DNA of 64,000 nt from Alphaproteobacteria bacterium. GTDB lineage: Bacteria; Pseudomonadota; Alphaproteobacteria; Rhodobacterales; Rhodobacteraceae. The DNA is taken from contig JAUIFH010000012.1 in NCBI GenBank assembly GCA_030429495.1, positions 1,896-65,895 of the forward strand, given 5' to 3'. Shown here piece by piece: positions 35,832 to 45,219 of this stretch (the stretch's first letter is position 1; the number at the start of each line of letters is the position of its first letter). The translations under genes and the position numbers were made by a program. Under the pieces are notes generated by a model that saw only the letters and a list, made by a program, of their open reading frames with translations, was not told the origin of the DNA and did no database searches.

Positions 35832-38117
35832 TCAGGAGTAGAGCGCGACAGGCGTTCCGGCAATCGCAGACATGTTGAGAAGTCCGCGTGCCGTGATCGA
35901 TGGCGTTACGATATGCGCGCTGTTGCCCATGCCCATCAGGATCGGCCCGACCTCCAGCCCGTTCGCCTTGAGCTTGAGCATGTTGCGCGCGGTGTTCGCG
36001 GCGTCGGTATAGGCGAAGACCAGGATATTCGCCGCACCCTCGATGCGGCTGTTAGGGAAAAGCCTGCCGCGAAGCTCGGGATCGAGGGCCGCGTCGGCGG
36101 ACATCTCTCCCTCATAGGCGAAGTCCGCCCCCTTTGCGCCGAGGATCGCCATTGCCTCGCGCATCCGGCGACCGGAATCGGTATCGAGGCTTCCGAAATT
36201 GGAATGCGAACAGAGCGCGACCTTGGGCGTCACGCCGAAGCGGCGCGCATGCCGCGCGGCGCCGCAAATCGTCGTGGCGATCTCTTCAGGGGTCGGCACC
36301 GCGTGCACATGCGTGTCGGCGATGAAAAGCGGGCCATCTTCCTGGATCATCAGCGACAGCGCGCCATGTGGGGTCAACCCGTCCCGCGCCAGCACCTGCC
36401 GGATGTAGTTGAGATGCCATAGATACTGCCCGAACGTGCCGCAGATCATGCTGTCGGCGTCGCCGCGATGGACCGCGATGGCGGCGATCGCGGTCGTGTT
36501 CGTCCGCATGATCGCGCGGGCCAGGTCGGGCGTCACCCCCTGGCGGGCCATCAACTCGTGATAGCTTTCCCAATAGTCGCGGTAGCGGTGATCGCTTTCC
36601 GGGTTCACCAGTTCGAAGTCCCGGTCCGGGCGGATCGGCAGGCCGGCCCGTTCGCAGCGCCGTTCGACGACCTCAGGGCGTCCGATGAGGATCGGCCTGT
36701 CGGTCATCTCCTCCAGCATCGCGTTGGCGGCGCGCAGAACGCGTTCGTCTTCGCCCTCCGCGAAGACGATCTGGCGTTGGGCGGTGCGGGCGGCCTCGAA
36801 GACCGGGCGCATGATCAGCGCGGATTTGAAGACGGAGCCTTCGAGTTTGCGCTTGTACGCCTCCAGGTCGGCGATCGGGCGCGTGGCGACGCCGGTTTCC
36901 ATCGCCGCACAGGCGACGGCCGAGGCGACGGTGCCGATCAGGCGCGGGTCGAAGGGCTTCGGGATCAGGTAGTCCGGCCCGAATGTCAGCTTCTCGCCGC
37001 GATAGGCGGCGGCTGCCTCGGCGCTTGTCGTGGCACGCGCCAGCGCGGCGATACCCTCGATGCAGGCCAGTTCCATATCGTCGTTGATCGTCGTGGCGCC
37101 GACATCTAGCGCGCCGCGGAAGATGAAGGGGAAGCAGAGGACGTTGTTGACCTGGTTCGGAAAGTCCGAACGCCCGGTGGCGATGATCGCATCAGGCGCG
37201 ACCGAGCGGACATCGTCCGGCAGGATTTCCGGTGTCGGGTTGGCTAGGGCGAAGACGATGGGCTGGCTGGCCATCTTCTTCACCATGTCCGGCGTCAGCA
37301 CGCCGGGACCGGACAGGCCGAGGAAAAGGTCCGCGCCGTCGATCACATCATCGAGCGTCGCGGCTTTTGTCCCCTGCGCATAAGCCGATTTCTGTGGCGT
37401 CATCTGCGCCTCGCGGCCCTGATAGACCAGCCCCTCTATATCGCAGAGCCACACATTCTCGCGCCTCACGCCAAGTTTCAGCAGCATGTCGAGGCAGGCG
37501 ATTCCCGCCGCGCCACCGCCGGTGGAGACAACCTTGATCTTGTCGAAATCCTTGCCCGCCACGTGCAATGCGTTGGTCGCCGCCGCGCCGACGACAATGG
37601 CTGTGCCGTGCTGGTCGTCGTGGAAGACCGGGATGTTCATCCGCTCGCGGCAGAGTTTTTCTACGATGAAGCAGTCGGGCGCCTTGATGTCTTCGAGGTT
37701 GATCGCACCGAAGGTCGGTTCCAGCGCGCAGACGATGTCGGCAAGTTTCTCTGGGTCGGGTTCGTTCACCTCGATGTCGAAGCAGTCGATGGAGGCGAAT
37801 TTCTTGAACAGGACCGCCTTGCCCTCCATCACCGGCTTCGAGGCCATCGCGCCGATATTGCCGAGGCCAAGAACGGCGGTGCCGTTCGACACCACCGCGA
37901 CGAGATTGCCGCGCGCGGTATAGCGCGAGGCAGTGGCGGGATCGGCCTTGATCTCAAGGCAGGCCTCCGCGACGCCGGGGGAATAGGCGCGGCTGAGGTC
38001 GCGGCCATTGGCCATCGGCTTCGTCGCCCGGATCTCGAGTTTTCCCGGCTTGGGGAATTCATGATAGTCGAGCGCGGCCTGTCGCGCGTTTTCCTGCCGT
38101 GCGTCTTCCACGTCCAC
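35832..38117 (-). CDS. maeB: NADP-dependent malic enzyme with C-terminal phosphotransacetylase-like domain
   Basis: 761 aa. [15 protein letters not shown]...AYSPGVA N-terminus as in MaeB, plus a PTA-like C-terminal half. The start is GTG (38117 or 38111); GGGAGGA abuts 38117, so 38111 fits RBS spacing better. Confidence 0.9.
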   Translation of the reverse strand: MDVEDARQENARQAALDYHEFPKPGKLEIRATKPMANGRDLSRAYSPGVAEACLEIKADPATASRYTARGNLVAVVSNGTAVLGLGNIGAMASKPVMEGKAVLFKKFASIDCFDIEVNEPDPEKLADIVCALEPTFGAINLEDIKAPDCFIVEKLCRERMNIPVFHDDQHGTAIVVGAAATNALHVAGKDFDKIKVVSTGGGAAGIACLDMLLKLGVRRENVWLCDIEGLVYQGREAQMTPQKSAYAQGTKAATLDDVIDGADLFLGLSGPGVLTPDMVKKMASQPIVFALANPTPEILPDDVRSVAPDAIIATGRSDFPNQVNNVLCFPFIFRGALDVGATTINDDMELACIEGIAALARATTSAEAAAAYRGEKLTFGPDYLIPKPFDPRLIGTVASAVACAAMETGVATRPIADLEAYKRKLEGSVFKSALIMRPVFEAARTAQRQIVFAEGEDERVLRAANAMLEEMTDRPILIGRPEVVERRCERAGLPIRPDRDFELVNPESDHRYRDYWESYHELMARQGVTPDLARAIMRTNTTAIAAIAVHRGDADSMICGTFGQYLWHLNYIRQVLARDGLTPHGALSLMIQEDGPLFIADTHVHAVPTPEEIATTICGAARHARRFGVTPKVALCSHSNFGSLDTDSGRRMREAMAILGAKGADFAYEGEMSADAALDPELRGRLFPNSRIEGAANILVFAYTDAANTARNMLKLKANGLEVGPILMGMGNSAHIVTPSITARGLLNMSAIAGTPVALYS

Positions 38118-38346
38118 TCCTCCCGCGAAAACTCGTTTAGTATTAAACTATCTTTTTACGCAACGGAAGCCCCCGTCGGCGGATACCCGTGACGCACCCG
38201 GGTGGCGGGGCGTCATCTCCTCCCATAGCATGTCCGGAGCGGGGTATGGCGGGAAATTCCGCCGGCCGTGTGCGATGGAATTGACCAAGCGATCTTGCAT
38301 CGGCGCGCGCGGGGGCGCAGTCTCGGGCGCGGATCAGGAGGATGAC

Positions 38347-38739
38347 ATGTCGCTCATCGACGCAGCGCGCGAGGTGCGCGAGAATGCCTATGCACCCTAT
38401 TCCAATTTCAAGGTGGGCGCCGCGGTTCGCGGCCGTTCCGGGCGGGTCTATTCCGGCTGCAATGTCGAGAATGTGGCCTATCCCGAAGGTACCTGCGCCG
38501 AGGCGGGCGCCATTGCCGCGATGGTTGCGGCCGGCGAGACAGAGCTGACGGAGGTTGCCATCATTGCGGATAGTCCACATCCGGTTTCGCCGTGCGGCGG
38601 TTGTCGGCAGAAGCTTGCCGAGTTCGGCCGCCACGACACGAAGGTGACACTCGCGACGATCGACGGAGCGGTTCAGGAAACCACGATCGGCGCACTTCTG
38701 CCGGCGGGCTTTTCCGTCGAGCACATGGACAGGGCCTGA
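38347..38739 (+). CDS. cdd: Cytidine deaminase
   Basis: ATG at 38347 preceded by AGGAGG. 130 aa. YAPYSNFKVGAA, CAEAGA and PCGGCRQ zinc motifs. Confidence 0.9.
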   Translation: MSLIDAAREVRENAYAPYSNFKVGAAVRGRSGRVYSGCNVENVAYPEGTCAEAGAIAAMVAAGETELTEVAIIADSPHPVSPCGGCRQKLAEFGRHDTKVTLATIDGAVQETTIGALLPAGFSVEHMDRA

Positions 38740-38740
38740 C

Positions 38741-40048
38741 ATGGACGCCCGCTCTATCATTGCCGGCATTCGTGACCGGAAGGGGCTGCCGCGGGAAGCG
38801 GCTGTCTGGTTCGCGAACGGACTGGCCTCGGGCGATGTGACTGATGCCCAGGCCGGGGCCTTCGCGATGGCGGTCTTCCTGAACGGGGTGGGTGAGGATG
38901 GGCGCGTCGCATTGACCCGCGCGATGCGCGACAGCGGCCGCGTGCTTGAATGGAACCTGCCGGGGCCGGTCGTGGACAAGCATTCGACCGGCGGGATAGG
39001 CGATTGCACGTCTCTCCTGCTCGCGCCGGCGCTGGCGGCGTGCGGCGCCTGCGTTCCGATGATCTCCGGTCGCGGGCTTGGCCATACCGGCGGCACGCTC
39101 GACAAACTGGAGGCGATCCCCGGCTACCGCACGGATGTGCCCGTGGACGAGGTGAACCGCCTCGTTTCGGAAATCGGCTGCGCGATCGTTGGCGCCACGG
39201 CGGACATCGCACCGGCAGACCGCCGCCTCTATGCGATCCGCGACATCTCGGGAACCGTGGAATCGATCGACCTCATTACCGCCTCGATCCTGTCGAAGAA
39301 ACTCGCCGCCGGGCTTGAGGCGCTGGTGCTTGACGTCAAGGTAGGCTCAGGCGCGTTCATGAAGACGATGGACGAGGCCGAGGCGCTCGCCCGATCGCTT
39401 GTCCAAACCGCAAACGGGGCAGGCTGCCGCACTGCCGCGCTGATCACGGATATGAGCCAGCCGCTCGCCTCGTCGGCGGGCAACGCGCTTGAAGTGCTTG
39501 AGGTGATGGAGACGATGACCGGCGTTGCCATCAACCAGGCGCTTTGGGATGTGACGGTGGCGCTGGGCGGAGAGGCGCTGGCGCTCGCTGGTCTGGCCGA
39601 GGACGCGGGCGACGGTGCGGACCAGATCGAAGAGGCGCTGGAATCCGGGCGCGCGGTCGAAACACTGGGGCGCATGATCGCGGCGCTTGGCGGCCCGGTC
39701 GATTTTGTCGAACGCTATCCCGACCGGCTGCCGGCGGCCCGGGTGGTTCGCGATATCGAAGCGCCGTCCGATGGCTTCGTCGGCGCGATCGACGCTGAGG
39801 CGCTTGGGCAGACTGTGGTCCGTCTCGGCGGTGGCCGGCTAAGGGACGGCGACAGGATCAACCCTTCCGTCGGCCTGTCAGAGATCATGCCGGTCGGCGA
39901 ACCCGTGGAGGCGGGCGAGACCATTGTCCGCATTCATGCCGCGAGCGAGGGCGATGCCGAACGCGCGGCGGCCGCCATCGCCGCAGCGATCCGTATCGAC
40001 GAGGAAGAACCGGAGGAACCGCCGCTGATCCAGAAAAGGATCGGCTGA
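38741..40048 (+). CDS. deoA: Thymidine phosphorylase
   Basis: 435 aa. DKHSTGGIGD, GRGLGHTGGTLDKLE signature. Confidence 0.9.
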   Translation: MDARSIIAGIRDRKGLPREAAVWFANGLASGDVTDAQAGAFAMAVFLNGVGEDGRVALTRAMRDSGRVLEWNLPGPVVDKHSTGGIGDCTSLLLAPALAACGACVPMISGRGLGHTGGTLDKLEAIPGYRTDVPVDEVNRLVSEIGCAIVGATADIAPADRRLYAIRDISGTVESIDLITASILSKKLAAGLEALVLDVKVGSGAFMKTMDEAEALARSLVQTANGAGCRTAALITDMSQPLASSAGNALEVLEVMETMTGVAINQALWDVTVALGGEALALAGLAEDAGDGADQIEEALESGRAVETLGRMIAALGGPVDFVERYPDRLPAARVVRDIEAPSDGFVGAIDAEALGQTVVRLGGGRLRDGDRINPSVGLSEIMPVGEPVEAGETIVRIHAASEGDAERAAAAIAAAIRIDEEEPEEPPLIQKRIG

Positions 40049-41256
40049 TGGCGCGGGCTTTCCTGATCGTGATGGACAGCGTCGGGGCGGGCGGTGCGCC
40101 GGACGCCGCGCGGTTCTTCAACGGCGACACGCCGGATACAGGGGCGAATACTCTTGGCCACATCGCCGAGGCCTGTGCCGCCGGTCTGGCGGAGGAGGGG
40201 CGGTCCGGACCGCTCCGGATGCCCAGTCTCGATGCACTTGGCCTTGGCGCGGCGGTTCGGTTGGCATCGGGCGCCCGGATGCCGGGGTTCGATGCGGCGC
40301 CCCGGGGCCTCTGGGGGGCGGCGACCGAGGTATCGAACGGAAAGGACACGCCGTCGGGCCATTGGGAACTTGCCGGCGTGCCGGTGCCTTGGGACTGGCA
40401 CTATTTTCCCGATACCCAACCAGCCTTCCCCCAGGATCTTATGGACGAGGTCGCGCGGCTATGCGGGGCAGGGGGAACGCTTGGCAACTGCCATGCATCG
40501 GGCGTCCCGATCATCGAGGAGCATTGCGCCGAGCACATGCGGACCGGCTGGCCGATCTGCTACACTTCGGCCGATAGCGTGTTCCAGATCGCCGCGCATG
40601 AGGAAACGTTCGGCCTCGATCGTCTTCTGAAGCTCTGCCAGGACATCGCCCCCCGACTGCACGCGATGAAGGTCGGCCGCGTGATCGCGCGGCCCTTCGT
40701 GGGGGAATGCGGCAGTTTCCGCCGCACCACGAACCGGCACGACTATGCAATCGCCCCACCCGCGCCCACGCTTTGCGACTGGGTGAAGGGGGCCGGCCGC
40801 GCCGTTCACGCCATCGGGAAGATCGGCGACATCTTCTCCATGCGCGGAATCGACGATGTGAGGAAGGGCGCGGATTCTGACCTTTTCAACCATTTGCTCG
40901 ATGCCGCTGTGTCCGCTGAATCCGATTCCTTGACCTTTGCGAACTTTGTTGAGTTCGACTCCGCCTACGGCCACCGCCGCGACGTGTCGGGTTACGCCCG
41001 CGCGCTCGAATGGTTCGATGCGCAGGTTGCGGAGTTTCTCGCCCGGCTTGGTGAAGGGGACCTTGCAATCTTTACTGCCGATCACGGCAATGACCCGACC
41101 TGGACCGGTACCGACCACACCCGCGAACGGGTGCCCGTCGTTGGCTATGGCGTCGGACCGCGCGAGGTTGGGCAGGTGGCATTCACCGATGTGGGTGCAT
41201 CCGTCGCCGTGCATCTTGGGGTGAAGGCGCCCGGCCCCGGAAGGAGTTTCCTGTGA
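40048..41256 (+). CDS. deoB: Phosphopentomutase
   Basis: 402 aa. MARAFLIVMDSVGAGGAPDA opening, SGHWELAG, TADHGNDPT motifs. 1-nt overlap with deoA. Confidence 0.9.
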   Translation: MARAFLIVMDSVGAGGAPDAARFFNGDTPDTGANTLGHIAEACAAGLAEEGRSGPLRMPSLDALGLGAAVRLASGARMPGFDAAPRGLWGAATEVSNGKDTPSGHWELAGVPVPWDWHYFPDTQPAFPQDLMDEVARLCGAGGTLGNCHASGVPIIEEHCAEHMRTGWPICYTSADSVFQIAAHEETFGLDRLLKLCQDIAPRLHAMKVGRVIARPFVGECGSFRRTTNRHDYAIAPPAPTLCDWVKGAGRAVHAIGKIGDIFSMRGIDDVRKGADSDLFNHLLDAAVSAESDSLTFANFVEFDSAYGHRRDVSGYARALEWFDAQVAEFLARLGEGDLAIFTADHGNDPTWTGTDHTRERVPVVGYGVGPREVGQVAFTDVGASVAVHLGVKAPGPGRSFL

Positions 41257-42236
41257 GCATGCCGAAGGTCGAGCTTCACCTGCACCTCGAAGGCGCGGCG
41301 CCACCGGCGTTCATCCGTGGGCTGGCCAAGGAAAAGAAGATCGACATCTCCGGCATTTTCGATGAACGGGGCGACTACAGCTACACCGACTTCTGGCACT
41401 TCCTGAAAGTGTACGAGGCCGCGACCGAGGCGCTGAAGTCGCCGGACGACTATCATCGCCTGACGCTCGCGGTGCTGGAGGAAAGCGCGGCCTCGGGCGT
41501 GATCTATTCCGAGACTTTTATCAGCCCCGACTTCTGCGGCGGCCGCGACCTTTCGGCCTGGCGCGAATATCTTCATGCGATCCGCGAGGCCGCCGAACAG
41601 GCAGAGAAGCGCGACGGCATCATCCTGCGCGGCATCGTCACGCCGATCCGGCACTTCGGGCCGGACAAGGCCAAGGAGGTTGCCCTCTGCGCGGCCGAGA
41701 CCGCCGACGACTGGATCGTCGGATTCGGACTGGCCGGGGATGAGAAATCTGGCAAACCCAATGACTTCTCATGGGCTTTTGATGCGGGGCGCGAGGCCGG
41801 GTTGCGCCTGACCTGCCATGCCGGCGAATGGGGCGGCCCCGATAGCGTCCGCGACGCGATCCGTGACCTGAAGGTGGAGCGCATCGGACACGGCGTCCGC
41901 GCCATTGAGGACCTTTCGCTTGTCGATGAGATCGCCGAGGCCGGCATCGTTCTGGAGGTCTGCCCGGGTTCGAATGTCGCGCTCGGGCTTTATCCCGGTT
42001 ACCGCGCGCATCCGATTCACGCGCTGCGAGAGCGAGGGGTTCAGGTGACGGTATCCACAGACGACCCGCCCTTCTTCCACACCACGATGGAGCGGGAATA
42101 CGCCATGCTGGCAGAGGCCTTCGAATGGGACGAAGGCGTGTTTTTCGACATCGCCCGGACGTCGGCGAATGCCGCGTTCTGCGACACTAATACCCGCGAC
42201 AAAATACTGAAGAGACTGGAGAAAGCGTATGCGTGA
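41253..42236 (+). CDS. add: Adenosine deaminase
   Basis: 327 aa. [24 protein letters not shown] motifs. GTG at 41253 (GTGA overlap) or ATG at 41259. Confidence 0.9.
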   Translation: MSMPKVELHLHLEGAAPPAFIRGLAKEKKIDISGIFDERGDYSYTDFWHFLKVYEAATEALKSPDDYHRLTLAVLEESAASGVIYSETFISPDFCGGRDLSAWREYLHAIREAAEQAEKRDGIILRGIVTPIRHFGPDKAKEVALCAAETADDWIVGFGLAGDEKSGKPNDFSWAFDAGREAGLRLTCHAGEWGGPDSVRDAIRDLKVERIGHGVRAIEDLSLVDEIAEAGIVLEVCPGSNVALGLYPGYRAHPIHALRERGVQVTVSTDDPPFFHTTMEREYAMLAEAFEWDEGVFFDIARTSANAAFCDTNTRDKILKRLEKAYA

Positions 42237-42861
42237 GCATCTGACCGTCGTGACCCACCCGCTCGTGCAGCACAAGCTGACGATCATGCGCGACAAGGAG
42301 ACGTCGACAAATTCCTTCCGCCGCCTTTTGCGCGAGATCAGCCAGCTTCTCGCCTACGAGATCACGCGCGAGATGGAAATGACGACCCGCCGGATAGAGA
42401 CGCCGCTATGCCCGATGGATGCCCCGGTGATCGACGGCAAGAAACTGGCGCTGATCTCCATCCTGCGCGCGGGCAACGGGCTGCTCGATGGCGTGCTCGA
42501 ACTGATCCCCGCCGCGCGGGTCGGCTTCGTCGGGCTATATCGCGACGAGAAGACGCTTCAGCCGGTGCAGTATTACTACAAGGTTCCGTCCGAGCTCGGC
42601 GACCGGCTTGTCATCGCGCTCGACCCGATGCTGGCGACGGGGAATTCCTCTGCCGCCGCGGTCGATCTCCTGAAGAAGTCCGGCGCAACCAATATCCGCT
42701 TCATGTGTCTTCTGGCCGCCCCCGAAGGTATCGCGCGGATGAAAGTGGCGCATCCGGATGTGCCGATCGTGACGGCTGCGGTCGATGAGCGGTTGAACGA
42801 ACATGGCTACATCGTTCCGGGGCTAGGTGATGCGGGTGACCGCATGTTCGGCACAAAATAG
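42229..42861 (+). CDS. upp: Uracil phosphoribosyltransferase
   Basis: 210 aa. [13 protein letters not shown]..., [27 protein letters not shown]. Confidence 0.95.
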   Translation: MREHLTVVTHPLVQHKLTIMRDKETSTNSFRRLLREISQLLAYEITREMEMTTRRIETPLCPMDAPVIDGKKLALISILRAGNGLLDGVLELIPAARVGFVGLYRDEKTLQPVQYYYKVPSELGDRLVIALDPMLATGNSSAAAVDLLKKSGATNIRFMCLLAAPEGIARMKVAHPDVPIVTAAVDERLNEHGYIVPGLGDAGDRMFGTK

Positions 42862-42927
42862 GCCAAAATTCCTTTACTCACGCCCCCCGCTTTGGCATCC
42901 TGACCCGAACAACAGGGTGAGGCGGCT

Positions 42928-43854
42928 ATGCAGGTATTGAAGGCGGTTTCGGTCGCGGTTTGCGTATTGGTCCTGACGGCGCCGTGGGCGACGGCGCAGG
43001 TTTCGGGACCGAAGGAAACCCCGCCGCCGGACTATGCCGGCAACCAGTATGTCGACAGCGACGGCTGCGTGTTCGTGCGCGCCTCGCTTGGCGGGGAGGT
43101 CGCGTGGATTGCGCGGCTCGGTAGCGACCGCAAGCCCGTCTGCGGGCATCAGCCGAGCTTGACGGCCGCCGCAGCGCTGCCCGCGCCTACTCAGACGGCC
43201 CCGACGGTCGCGGGGGCAGCGGCTGTTCCCACTCCGAAGCGGGTGGCCGCATCACCGGGCGTTACCGTCGAGAAGCCCGCAAAGCGTGCCGGCCGGGTGA
43301 GGCAGGACGGCCCCGTACGTCTGGTCCGGGCAGGTGCCATCGCGCGCTCCGACACCTATTGCGTCGAGAAGTTCAACCGGGCGCAACGCTTCCTTCTCAG
43401 CGATGGCCGGCGGGTTACGGCCTGCGGCGCTGGCGAAAAGCCGGACCCGGTCGGCTATCTCAACGGGCTCGGGGTGCCGGGCCTGAGCGTCTCCCCGGGC
43501 GCGCCGAGCGCGCAGGAGATTCGCCGTGCGGAGCGGTTGAATGCGGGTGCTTACCGTGTGGTCTGGTCGAACGGCCCCGTGAAAGCGGGGCCCGAGGCCG
43601 CGCGCATCACCGCGCCCTCGGGCGCGGGTGCGCGTCATGTGCAGGTCGGTGCCTATGCCGACCCGGCGAATGCGGCACGGACGCAAGCCGCGCTGAAACA
43701 TCTGGGCCTGCCGGTCGTGGTGCTCGCCGAATACAAGGGTGCAACGCGTATCCAGACGGTCCTGGCCGGGCCGTTCGACACGCAGGACGCGTTGCGCTCG
43801 GCATTGATCGCCGTGCACCGGAACGGCTACCGGGACGCGTTCGCGCGCGACTAA
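42928..43854 (+). CDS. SPOR domain-containing secreted/envelope protein
   Basis: 308 aa. Signal-like MQVLKAVSVAVCVLVLTAPWATAQ. C-terminal HVQVGAYADPANAARTQAALKHLGLPVVV... resembles a SPOR repeat. Confidence 0.75.
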   Translation: MQVLKAVSVAVCVLVLTAPWATAQVSGPKETPPPDYAGNQYVDSDGCVFVRASLGGEVAWIARLGSDRKPVCGHQPSLTAAAALPAPTQTAPTVAGAAAVPTPKRVAASPGVTVEKPAKRAGRVRQDGPVRLVRAGAIARSDTYCVEKFNRAQRFLLSDGRRVTACGAGEKPDPVGYLNGLGVPGLSVSPGAPSAQEIRRAERLNAGAYRVVWSNGPVKAGPEAARITAPSGAGARHVQVGAYADPANAARTQAALKHLGLPVVVLAEYKGATRIQTVLAGPFDTQDALRSALIAVHRNGYRDAFARD

Positions 43855-43940
43855 GGTGTGGCGGGTTGGCAGTGAATCGGAATTCGAACCTTTTCGTCCG
43901 AATTCCGGTGTGTGATGCCTTGTTCGACATCCGAAACGCT

Positions 43941-45002
43941 CTAGCTGTCGCAGATGCCCTGAAGCGCTACCCAGTCAGTGTCTGACAGAACAGGCTCGAT
44001 CGCCGGACCGTCGGCAGAGGTATCGCCGCCGGTTTGCCCGACCAGTCGGAGATAGGGGCCAACCGGCAGTCCGGCGGCACCGAACCGCGCGAGCAGGTCG
44101 GCTTCGGCTATAGGGGCGGGGGGCGTCGACAGCAGCTCCTCGCCATAGCCGGAAAGGGCGGCGGCCGACATTTCGCCGGTCGTCAGAAGCCGGATTGTCG
44201 CGCGAAGTCCGGCATGGCGAAGGATGCCGACGGCCGGATCGTTCGATTGCCGGCGAAGCTCTTCGGCAAGGATGGTGCCGGCGAGGGCGTCAGGTTCCGG
44301 TTGCTCCGCGACGTAGCGGCGCGGGATCACGATCAGATCGCCGGGAAGATGCACGGCGTGGTCAAGGCCGTCCGGCACGACGACAAGCTCTGTCGCGGGG
44401 GTGGTGATGCGATCACGCAGGCGCTTCAGCGCTTCGCGGCCCTCGGCTGCGGTGCAGGGGGGGCCGGAGAGTCGCACGAGATCGGCCAGCGCCATGCGGC
44501 CAATCTCGACGCGCTTGGCCATCGGTAATGCCGACGCGGTATGCTCGACGATCGCCCGCGGCATCCACAAGAGGCCGAAACCCACAACCGCGACCAAAGC
44601 GGTGCCTAGCATCAGCGACCGCAGGCGACCCGGATGCGGCCGCCGCGCCTCGATCAGCGCGTGGACCTTTCCGACTGCGGCGATCATCGCCTCGTCCTCG
44701 ATCTCCAGTTCCTCGCCGGCATCCTCGCCGGGAGAGTAGATCGCGGGCTTTCTGCCGGGATTGACGCGCTGCACCGCCGGCAAGGACCAATGCGCCAGCG
44801 CGCGGTTGTTGCGCGCGTCCGAGATGACGAGCGTCGCGTCACCGAACGACACGATCACGTCCCGGCGCTGGGCACCGGGTGCCTCGCGCCACAGGCCGGT
44901 GCATTCCAGCCGCTGATATTCCTTGAGCGCCGTCATCGGCGGGTAGGGCCTGCTCTCTGCCTCTGTTGCGGCGAGGATAGCCGATTGGCTGCGCGCGAAC
45001 AA
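43941..45002 (-). CDS. Hypothetical protein with one central TM segment
   Basis: The 353-aa track ORF starts at TTG 45002. ATG at 44936 (MTALKEYQRLE) is an alternative. One hydrophobic span LMLGTALVAVVGFGLLWM. No motif recognised. Confidence 0.6.
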   Translation of the reverse strand: MFARSQSAILAATEAESRPYPPMTALKEYQRLECTGLWREAPGAQRRDVIVSFGDATLVISDARNNRALAHWSLPAVQRVNPGRKPAIYSPGEDAGEELEIEDEAMIAAVGKVHALIEARRPHPGRLRSLMLGTALVAVVGFGLLWMPRAIVEHTASALPMAKRVEIGRMALADLVRLSGPPCTAAEGREALKRLRDRITTPATELVVVPDGLDHAVHLPGDLIVIPRRYVAEQPEPDALAGTILAEELRRQSNDPAVGILRHAGLRATIRLLTTGEMSAAALSGYGEELLSTPPAPIAEADLLARFGAAGLPVGPYLRLVGQTGGDTSADGPAIEPVLSDTDWVALQGICDS

Positions 45003-45113
45003 TCGCGCCGCCGTCCGTGACGGGCATGTCCGAATGCCTGATTTCCGGGCAGGTGCCGGCGCGAAGTCGCCTGCTGCCGAAAACCGTGCAGTTGTGATCC
45101 CAGGGCGGCCTTG

Positions 45114-45131
45114 CCGTCACAAATCGTTCAA
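45114..45131 (+). promoter_or_regulatory. Pho-box-like direct repeat upstream of phoX
   Basis: CCGTCAC-AAAT-CGTTCAA: two 7-mers at 11-bp spacing resembling CTGTCAT-N4-CTGTCAT, about 90 nt upstream of the phoX ATG. Confidence 0.35.
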
Positions 45132-45219
45132 GGGGGGCGTGCTAACGCAGGCGCGTTCGTTCCGGCCCCCGCGCCAGATGGGGCCGACGACAAGCGATAT
45201 CAGCAAGAAGGTGACCGCC

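Noticed and set aside
43875-43910. Possible tRNA fragment or att site. The minus strand reads GGTTCGAATTCC (T-loop-like) and ends ...CCCGCCA
   Set aside because: - The 5 nt either side of TTCGAAT do not pair, so there is no T-stem.
- No acceptor stem, anticodon arm or full cloverleaf can be drawn.
- The sequence is better explained as a 9-bp hairpin (CGGAATTCG / CGAATTCCG) between two convergent genes.
- No integrase gene is nearby.
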